Origin: Pseudomonadota bacterium | GTDB lineage: Bacteria; Pseudomonadota; Gammaproteobacteria; JAKAQQ01 | Direction: 5' to 3' | NCBI GenBank assembly: GCA_027320085.1 | Contig: DAHVLZ010000009.1 | Location: 160,001-224,000 of the forward strand | Length of the DNA: 64,000 bases | Shown: one piece after another, positions 57,008-64,000 of the stretch | Numbering within the stretch: position 1 is the stretch's first letter | Layout: the number at the start of each line of letters is the position of its first letter | The notes under the pieces: generated by a model | The model's database searches: none | The model's input: only the letters and a program-made list of their open reading frames with translations | What the model was told of the DNA's origin: nothing | Made by a program: the position numbers and the translations under genes

Positions 57008-57991
57008 ATGCCACCCCCCGCACCCCGTCTCGGCGTCCTCATGGATGCAATCGAATCCATCCGGCCGGAAAAGGACACTACCCTGCTTCTTTTGCTGGCC
57101 GCCCAAAAAAGGGGATTTGGCTTGGTTTATTTCGAACAAGGCGATCTCTATGCCCTGAATGGCCAGACATGGGGATCCGGCCGGGCACTCTCTGTTTTCG
57201 ACCGCACCGACCACTATTTTGAACTCGATCCAGAACCCGAACCGGTCCCACTGGCTACGCTTTCGGCCTTTCTCATGCGCAAGGATCCCCCTGCCGATTT
57301 GGATTACCTCTATACCAACCTGCTCTTGCAACATGCCGAGCATCAGGGACTGCGGATTATCAATTCTCCAGCGGCTCTTCTTCAAACTAACGAAAAACTG
57401 GCCATCCTGGATTTCCCCGACCTCATCCCCCCGACTCTCGTGACGTGCTCACTGCCCCGGTTGATTGGCTTTATCGAACAACACGAGCAGGTTGTTTTGA
57501 AACCTCTTGATGGTATGGGAGGATCCCGGGTGTTTACCGTTGCTGCAGGGGACCTTAACCGCCGTGTTATAGCGGAGGTCCTGACTGGTGAAGGACGCCA
57601 CCCAGTCATGGCTCAGCGCTATATCCCAGAGATCCGGACACATGGGGACAAACGCATTCTGCTAGTCAACGGCCAGCCGGTTCCTTATGCGCTGGCTCGC
57701 TTGCCGGCGCCAGGCGAGGCACGCGGCAATCTGGCCCGCGGTGGAACAGCCCGCGGAGTCGAACTGAGTGCCAGGGACCGGGCCATCTGTGCCCAAGTGG
57801 GACCGGTGCTGGCCGGGTCCGGCCACTGGTTCGTGGGACTGGATGTCATCGGTGATTATCTGACCGAAATCAATGTGACTAGCCCCACCTGCGCACGCGA
57901 ACTCGATCATCTCTACGGTCTCGATATCGGGGGCCAGCTCATTGACCTACTCATTCGAACACTGCCCCCCCCGTTTCAACCCAACCCATAA
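57008..57991 (+). CDS. gshB: Glutathione synthetase
   Basis: MRKDPP, NEKL, KPLDGMGG, GDKRI, EINVTSPT. Confidence 0.96.
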   Translation: MPPPAPRLGVLMDAIESIRPEKDTTLLLLLAAQKRGFGLVYFEQGDLYALNGQTWGSGRALSVFDRTDHYFELDPEPEPVPLATLSAFLMRKDPPADLDYLYTNLLLQHAEHQGLRIINSPAALLQTNEKLAILDFPDLIPPTLVTCSLPRLIGFIEQHEQVVLKPLDGMGGSRVFTVAAGDLNRRVIAEVLTGEGRHPVMAQRYIPEIRTHGDKRILLVNGQPVPYALARLPAPGEARGNLARGGTARGVELSARDRAICAQVGPVLAGSGHWFVGLDVIGDYLTEINVTSPTCARELDHLYGLDIGGQLIDLLIRTLPPPFQPNP

Positions 57992-58006
57992 TCCGGACCT
58001 GCCGAC

Positions 58007-58963
58007 GTGCTTGGACCCCACCCCACCCCCAACCCACGACAAGAGCCAGGCCCCTCCTTGCTGCCACTTTCCAGAACCCGTTCGATGGAAAGGGTCCTCC
58101 ATCTCAGTTTCCTCATCACGGCCTTCGAGGCGATCGTCATCCTAGGGGTGAGCTTTCGCACACAAAACCCTTTCCGTCCCGTCATGCATCCACTATCGGT
58201 AACCGTAGTCGATACCCGAAGCCACCGGAGTCCCCATGCAGTCACGGTCTATGCCCAGAATCGCTCGCGGGGCGGAGGAAACCGGATCCAGCACCTTTTA
58301 CACGCGGCCTTCTTGCCTTCTGGGCAAATCAACCAATCCGGAGTCCGGCAGGGTTCCGGGATCCGGAACGTCCGAGCGGGATACCAAAAGGCCCAGCCGG
58401 GGGACAACCCGAGCCGACAGACAAGGCATGGCCAGAGCCCTATAATCGTCTCCCGCCGGGATACCGCTCGGCTTGTCAGGTCTGGCACCCGCGGGAACCC
58501 TGCTTCCTCTACCGAAGTTCTGGATGTCCGAGAGCTTAGGATTGCCTCAGATGCTAAGCTTCCCCCTGCCGCCGATCCTTTCCGCCGGAAATCCGGTTCT
58601 GATCGGATTCATCCGCATTCCCTCCCTTCCATCGCTGCCCGATCGCTGGTTCTCGCCCGTTACCTTGATCAGTGGCGCCGCCGGGTTGAACGGATTGGGA
58701 ACCAGCTGCTCGAGCACCGGGGGTCTTTGGCCGATTTCCGGGGCCATCTTCTACTGGCCGTAAGTCTCCGTGCCAATGGCTCCATTGCCAACATCCACTT
58801 CATGAGGGCATCTCATAACCAGAACCTCAACCTACTGGCCTTGGAAACCCTCCACCGAGCGGAACCCTTCCCACCGCTACCTACCCGTCAAAGACAACGG
58901 ACCCTGCATTTCGTCTACGAATGGGTTTTTTCCCAGAACACCCTAAGAACAGATACCCCGTAG
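58007..58963 (+). CDS. Energy transducer TonB family protein (start uncertain)
   Basis: TM helix, YLDQWRRRVERIGN, AEPFPP TonB C-terminal domain; gshB-tonB-yqgE order. Confidence 0.75.
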   Translation: MLGPHPTPNPRQEPGPSLLPLSRTRSMERVLHLSFLITAFEAIVILGVSFRTQNPFRPVMHPLSVTVVDTRSHRSPHAVTVYAQNRSRGGGNRIQHLLHAAFLPSGQINQSGVRQGSGIRNVRAGYQKAQPGDNPSRQTRHGQSPIIVSRRDTARLVRSGTRGNPASSTEVLDVRELRIASDAKLPPAADPFRRKSGSDRIHPHSLPSIAARSLVLARYLDQWRRRVERIGNQLLEHRGSLADFRGHLLLAVSLRANGSIANIHFMRASHNQNLNLLALETLHRAEPFPPLPTRQRQRTLHFVYEWVFSQNTLRTDTP

Positions 58964-59017
58964 TTCAAATGCCCAGCGGCCGGCAAGACCCTGCCCTGTC
59001 CCGATATACTATGTGCC

Positions 59018-59578
59018 ATGAAACAGGATTTCCTGACCGGCAACCTCCTGCTGGCCATGCCGAACCTAGCAGACGCTAATTTTATCCAGTCCGTCACTTT
59101 GGTTTGCCTGCATACCCCGCAGATGGCCCTGGGGCTGGTCGTCAATCGGCCAACTAACCTGACCTTGGGATCGTTGTTCGGCCATTTATCCCTCAAGAGC
59201 GTCCGATCAGAGATCCTGGACCAGCCGGTTTACCAGGGAGGACCCGTCCAAACCGAACGAGGGTTCATTCTGCATTCCCCGGACTGCAGCGGAGAATCGA
59301 CGCAACGGATTAATGACCAGCTCTCGATGAGCAGTTCCCGCGACGTACTGGATGCCATTGCCCGGGGGGAAGGGCCAAACCGCTTTCTCGTCACTTTGGG
59401 TTACGCAGGGTGGGAGTCGGGTCAGCTCGAACGTGAAATCAGTGAAAATGCCTGGCTCTCAAGCCCGGTTGATCCGGATCTCATCTTTACCCTTCCGCCC
59501 GAAAAGAGATGGGCCGTGGCGGCCGAGCGGATCGGTGTCCGTATGGATCATTTGAGCATCGATGCCGGACACGCCTGA
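59018..59578 (+). CDS. yqgE: YqgE/AlgH family protein
   Basis: GGPV, LGYAGWESGQLEREI, AGHA end. Confidence 0.94.
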   Translation: MKQDFLTGNLLLAMPNLADANFIQSVTLVCLHTPQMALGLVVNRPTNLTLGSLFGHLSLKSVRSEILDQPVYQGGPVQTERGFILHSPDCSGESTQRINDQLSMSSSRDVLDAIARGEGPNRFLVTLGYAGWESGQLEREISENAWLSSPVDPDLIFTLPPEKRWAVAAERIGVRMDHLSIDAGHA

Positions 59579-60005
59579 CCAGACGCTCCTGGCGCTTGAT
59601 TACGGTCTTAAGAACATTGGTGTTGCCATCGGAAGCCGGCGGAGCGGTAGCGCTCAGCCGCTCACAACGCTCCATGTGGACCGCAATGGCTTTCCATGGC
59701 CCGCACTCGACCGGCTCATTGCCCAGTGGAGTCCGGATCTCCTGATTGTGGGCGTCATTCCCGATGCCCAAGGACCATTTGCGACATCGCTCTCAGATTT
59801 TCTCGTCCGTCTGGGGACCCGATATCCGTTGCCGGTCTGCTCGTGGGATGAGCGGGAAACCTCCGAAGTCGCACAGCTTGAGATTCGCGAACGGCGTGCT
59901 GACGGCCGACAAAAACGCAGGCGCTCTCCGCACTTCCAGGACGCGGTTGCCGCCTGTCTCCTGATCGAGTCCTACCTCGCTCACCCGGTGGTGGCATGCC
60001 GGTGA
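59562..60005 (+). CDS. ruvX: Pre-16S rRNA nuclease YqgF/RuvX
   Basis: LALDYGLKNIGVA, DERETS, DAVAA. Confidence 0.9.
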   Translation: MPDTPDQTLLALDYGLKNIGVAIGSRRSGSAQPLTTLHVDRNGFPWPALDRLIAQWSPDLLIVGVIPDAQGPFATSLSDFLVRLGTRYPLPVCSWDERETSEVAQLEIRERRADGRQKRRRSPHFQDAVAACLLIESYLAHPVVACR

Positions 60006-60949
60006 ATTTACCCGCCCCATCCCAAGTTGACCGGACAGGGAAGCTATGTCACCTGATCACGCTGGAAGGACTGGCCCGCGAAACGGTCGAATCCATTCTC
60101 GACCGTGCCCGCTTCCACCTTCGGCCGGACCGGATCCAATCCACCGGGCGCGCAGCAGCCGCTTCCGCCCTTCTGTTCTGCGAACCCAGCACGCGAACGC
60201 GAGCCTCGTTCGAACTCGCCGCAGTGAAGCTTGGTCACCACGTCACGAACCTCGAACCTGACCACTCTTCCCTAGCCAAGTCCGAAACCATCTCTGAAAC
60301 AGCTGCAACCCTGGAAGCAATGGGTTTTAGCTTCCTGGTCTTGCGACATGGTGATTCGGAATCCGCCCTGTCGCTCGTTCATCCGCTGGACCGCCCGCTT
60401 CATTGCATTTCGGGTGGCACCGGGCAATGGTCCCATCCGAGTCAAGGACTGCTCGATCTTTTTACAGTCTGCGACCATTTCCCTGTTTCTGAGCTTGGGG
60501 CTCTGAGCGTCGCCATCATTGGAGATATCCGTCACTCCCGCGTTGCCCGTTCGACCTTCGTTGCCCTCCGTCTCTTCGGCGTCAGGGATATTCGGCTGTG
60601 CGCTCCTCCAGGCCTAGAACCGGAACCTGGAGAATTCCCGGAGACCGGACTTTACCCGCTGGAGGACGCCTTGCGTGGGGTCAAGCTTGTGATCGCCCTG
60701 CGCCTTCAGCGCGAACGGATCACAGATACCCTGCAACTGGATCCGTCCCGTTACAGCGAAGCCTACGGAGTAACTCGGGAACGGCTCAAGCTCTGTGCCC
60801 CGCACGTGCGTCTCATGCATCCCGGTCCGGTTATGCCAGACGTGGAACTGGCAAGGGAACTGATCGAGAGCCCTTTTTCCCTCATCCGGGAACAGGTTCG
60901 GAATGGCGTTCTGGTACGGATGGCGATCTTTGAGGAGCTGGCGGGATGA
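59996..60949 (+). CDS. pyrB: Aspartate carbamoyltransferase catalytic subunit
   Basis: EPSTRT, HPSQGLLD, GDIRHSRVARS, MHPGP. Confidence 0.94.
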   Translation: MPVNLPAPSQVDRTGKLCHLITLEGLARETVESILDRARFHLRPDRIQSTGRAAAASALLFCEPSTRTRASFELAAVKLGHHVTNLEPDHSSLAKSETISETAATLEAMGFSFLVLRHGDSESALSLVHPLDRPLHCISGGTGQWSHPSQGLLDLFTVCDHFPVSELGALSVAIIGDIRHSRVARSTFVALRLFGVRDIRLCAPPGLEPEPGEFPETGLYPLEDALRGVKLVIALRLQRERITDTLQLDPSRYSEAYGVTRERLKLCAPHVRLMHPGPVMPDVELARELIESPFSLIREQVRNGVLVRMAIFEELAG

Positions 60950-61833
60950 GTCACCGCCCGTCAACACGGGGTTCGCTGGTCCTAGAAACAGTCCGGGTCA
61001 TCACCCGTGACACTTATCCCGCCGGTCAGTACCGACTCGGTCTGGAGGCTCCGCTGATCGCGGAACGAGCCCAACCCGGAATGTTCATCCACTTGGGCTG
61101 TGACACATCCGGCCGGGTCAGGAGACCGATGTCGATCCTGGGTGCCAAGGAGGGAGTCCTTGAGATCCTGTTCAAAACCGTGGGGGCAGGCACCCAACTG
61201 CTCAGTCAATGTGCACTCGGAGACCGTCTCAGCGCGATCGGGCCCATCGGTACACCGTTCCGTCCTGACCCGGAAGCCACCTGGATCATTGCAGTTGGGG
61301 GTGGAACCGGAATTCCTCCGCTTCTTTTTCTGCTGGAAAGGCTCGCGAGCCTCAAAACGGACCAGCGTCTCGTTTTCTTCGGTGGTTCAGAGATTCCCTT
61401 CCCATTCGAAACTCTCACCCGCAGGACCTCCTTCCCCGGGGTAGAACGAGTGGCTTCAGGGGCACTCGGTCGCCTGGACCGCATTGGAGTTCCTTCTGCG
61501 CTCGCCAGTCGTGTCGGACTACCCGGAACCTACCCTGGATTTGTCACCGGCCTTTTCAGTCACTGGCTGACCCAAGCAAAAATCACCGAACAGGACCACT
61601 GCCAGGTTTTCAGTTGCGGTCCCAGACCACTCATGGCGACTGTTCAGGAAATCGCAAGCAGAAATGGATTCGGTGGTGCACTTTGTCTTGAGGAAAATAT
61701 GGCTTGTGCCGTGGGAGGCTGTGCAGGCTGTGCCGTTCCGATCCGGGAACCAGGCGGTTTGACCATGCGCCGTGTCTGCGTCGACGGACCGGTTTTCCCA
61801 ATCGATCGAGTCCTCTTTGGTGAAGGAAGCTAG
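60946..61833 (+). CDS. pyrK: Dihydroorotate dehydrogenase electron transfer subunit
   Basis: RRPMS, GGGTGIPP, CGP, MACAVGGCAGC, CVDGPVF. Confidence 0.88.
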   Translation: MSHRPSTRGSLVLETVRVITRDTYPAGQYRLGLEAPLIAERAQPGMFIHLGCDTSGRVRRPMSILGAKEGVLEILFKTVGAGTQLLSQCALGDRLSAIGPIGTPFRPDPEATWIIAVGGGTGIPPLLFLLERLASLKTDQRLVFFGGSEIPFPFETLTRRTSFPGVERVASGALGRLDRIGVPSALASRVGLPGTYPGFVTGLFSHWLTQAKITEQDHCQVFSCGPRPLMATVQEIASRNGFGGALCLEENMACAVGGCAGCAVPIREPGGLTMRRVCVDGPVFPIDRVLFGEGS

Positions 61834-62213
61834 CCCTTTCCGACGATCGCTTCGATCTCGATAAGGGCACCCCGCGGGAGAGCCGAGACCTGCACAACCG
61901 ACCGGGCTGGGTAAGGGGGGTGCCAAAAACGGACAAACAGCTCGTTCAGCGCCGGGTAGTCTCCTAAATCGGTCAGGAAAACCGTGACTTTTACAACCCC
62001 CTCCACACCACCACCCTCTTCGCACAAGGCACCGAGATTCCGGAGCGCCTGTTCTGCCTGGGGTCTGAAATCCGGCGAGACCAACTCGCCGGTCGCTGGA
62101 TCCAGACCAATCTGCCCGGAGACAAAAGTCCACGATCCAACCCGGACTGCTGGGGAATAAGGGCCGATTGCGAGGGGTGCCTTCGGCGAAATTAGGGATA
62201 GTTTTCCAGTCAT
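61830..62213 (-). CDS. ridA: RidA family enamine/imine deaminase
   Basis: AIGPYS, SGQI, PYPAR, LPRGALIEIE. Confidence 0.93.
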   Translation of the reverse strand: MTGKLSLISPKAPLAIGPYSPAVRVGSWTFVSGQIGLDPATGELVSPDFRPQAEQALRNLGALCEEGGGVEGVVKVTVFLTDLGDYPALNELFVRFWHPPYPARSVVQVSALPRGALIEIEAIVGKG

Positions 62214-62247
62214 CGTCAGTACTCAATTGGGGACTATGGTTTGGTGT

Positions 62248-64000
62248 TCAGGTTCGAATCCTGCTGATCCGCGAAACGACGGTCACGCGGCGAAGGTGCC
62301 GAAACAGCGCAGCAAGATGTTTGCGGTCACGGACCGTACAGGTAAAGTTGAGTGTTGCAATCAGTCCGTCCCGCTCCGTAACCGCAACCTGCTCGATATT
62401 GGAGCCGCATTCGGCAATCTGCGCCGCAATCTGGGCTAAAGCACCTCGTTCATTCGTGACGTCGACTCTGAAAGCCACTGAAAAATCCCGACTGATCCCG
62501 GGTTCCCATTCCAGTTCCACCCACTTGTCCGCCGACTTGCGGTGCTCCAGGAGATTTGGACAGTCATTGCGGTGGATAACCATTCCACGCCCGATGGAAA
62601 GAAACCCGGCGATCTCGTCTCCTGGAATGGGATAGCAGCAGCGCGCGAAAGTAACCACGACACCCTCGGTACCCCTTATGACAATCGGAGTGGTGAGTGA
62701 CAGGGTCACTTCGATCGGAGGCGACTGTAGAACCGCATTTGCAACCAGCATGGCTGGCCGCTCACCGAGTCCAACTTGAACCAGAAGAGTTTCGACGTCC
62801 TCAAGCTTGAAACTGCGGGCCAGATTCTCCAAGCGTTGGGAGTCTACCCGGTGCAGAGAGGTATGGGCTTTTGCGAGAATCTGGTTCACCAGTTGTTCAC
62901 CCAGCCGTTTCGCCTCAGTTCGTTCCAGGTTTTTGAGAAATTGCCGGATATTGGTCCGTGCTTTCGCAGTCACCACGAAATTGAGCCATGCTGGATTTGG
63001 GCGAGCGCCATGCGCTGTCAGGATTTCCACCAGTTGTCCACTTTGCAGAATAGTTCTCAGTGGAACCAACTGCCGGTCGATCTTGGCCGCGACACAAGAA
63101 TTGCCAAGGTCCGTGTGGACCGCGTACGCAAAATCGACGGGCGTGGATCCACGGGGCAGACGTCGGATCTCGCCCCGGGGGGTAAAGACATAGACCTCAT
63201 CCGGAAACAGATCCACCTTGACGTTTTCCATGAATTCAATGGAGCTGCCGGTCCGATCTTGGATTTCGACCAGATCGCGAATCCATTCCCGTGCCCGAAA
63301 CTCGGTGGAACGGGCAGCCTCTTCGCCCGTTTTGTAAAGCCAGTGTGCTGCAATGCCAGCTTCGGCGATCTGATCCATGATCCGTGTCCGGATCTGGATC
63401 TCAATGGGTACCCCTTCGGGACCGATCACCACGGTATGGAGTGACTGGTAGCCGTTGACCTTGGGAATGGCAATGTAATCCTTGAATTTTCCCGGCAGGG
63501 GGCTATATAGGTGATGAACCACTCCAAGCGCCCGGTAAGCAGTGTCTTCACGATCGACAATGATTCGAAATCCATACCGATCCCAGACCTCATTCCATGT
63601 CAGACCCTTGTGCTTCATCTTGTAGTAGATGCTGTACAGCTGTTTTTCTCGGCCAGCCAAAACCACCTCGATCCCTTCCTGCTCGAAAGCCCGCTTTAGT
63701 GCATTCTCAGTCCGTCGGATGAGTTCTTTCCGGTGACGCCTCCGCTCACGCAGACGGGCCGAAAGAACCCGGTAGCGACGCGGATAGAGGTTCATGAAAC
63801 CAAGATCCTCAAGCTCAAGTCGCCACGCATTCATGCCCAAGCGATGGGCGATCGGTGCATAAATCTCAAGGGTTTCGGCCGCAATGAGATGGCGCTTAGC
63901 GTCTGGCATGCTAGCTAAGGTACGCATATTGTGCAGTCGATCTGCCAGCTTGATTAAAATTACCCGGATATCGTCCACCATCGCCAGCAGCATTTTCCTG
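62248..64000 (-). CDS. spoT: (p)ppGpp synthetase/hydrolase, 5' truncated by window edge
   Basis: KLADRLHNMRT, KDYIAIPKVNGYQSLHT, TGS and ACT domains; spoT-ridA order. Confidence 0.95.
   Translation of the reverse strand, partial: RKMLLAMVDDIRVILIKLADRLHNMRTLASMPDAKRHLIAAETLEIYAPIAHRLGMNAWRLELEDLGFMNLYPRRYRVLSARLRERRRHRKELIRRTENALKRAFEQEGIEVVLAGREKQLYSIYYKMKHKGLTWNEVWDRYGFRIIVDREDTAYRALGVVHHLYSPLPGKFKDYIAIPKVNGYQSLHTVVIGPEGVPIEIQIRTRIMDQIAEAGIAAHWLYKTGEEAARSTEFRAREWIRDLVEIQDRTGSSIEFMENVKVDLFPDEVYVFTPRGEIRRLPRGSTPVDFAYAVHTDLGNSCVAAKIDRQLVPLRTILQSGQLVEILTAHGARPNPAWLNFVVTAKARTNIRQFLKNLERTEAKRLGEQLVNQILAKAHTSLHRVDSQRLENLARSFKLEDVETLLVQVGLGERPAMLVANAVLQSPPIEVTLSLTTPIVIRGTEGVVVTFARCCYPIPGDEIAGFLSIGRGMVIHRNDCPNLLEHRKSADKWVELEWEPGISRDFSVAFRVDVTNERGALAQIAAQIAECGSNIEQVAVTERDGLIATLNFTCTVRDRKHLAALFRHLRRVTVVSRISRIRT

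Overview
GC-rich bacterial chromosomal window with gene content and order typical of a Gammaproteobacterium (taxon inferred, not determined). Mostly housekeeping: metK-ahcY, thx plus a NodIJ-like ABC-2 exporter, metY-metX-hom, split class II ribonucleotide reductase nrdJa/nrdJb, degP/Q, cutA-tlpA-aroQ-accBC-fis-purHD, trxA-rho, yadGH, coaD/rsmD, a Pla-1/Cef-like lipase, ftsEX, LPS core genes, groESL, ampD, bioA, rsmE, pilGHIJ-chpA-chpC, gshB-tonB-yqgE-ruvX-pyrB-pyrK, ridA and partial spoT. Best leads: (1) an unannotated, probably leaderless Cys/Met-rich leader peptide with terminator/antiterminator architecture ahead of metY-metX-hom; (2) a 411-aa intein with a decayed LAGLIDADG domain in NrdJa; (3) an orphan TraB-like plus FlhC-like pair, with a possible FlhD-like gene 29 kb upstream; (4) a class IIC group II intron behind the groEL terminator that keeps both ends but lost domain 5; (5) an orphan IS200/IS605 right-end/omegaRNA-like remnant beside an inverted coaD; (6) a sigmaE-type promoter followed by a short terminated hairpin before degP. 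All calls come from reading motifs by eye; no searches were run.
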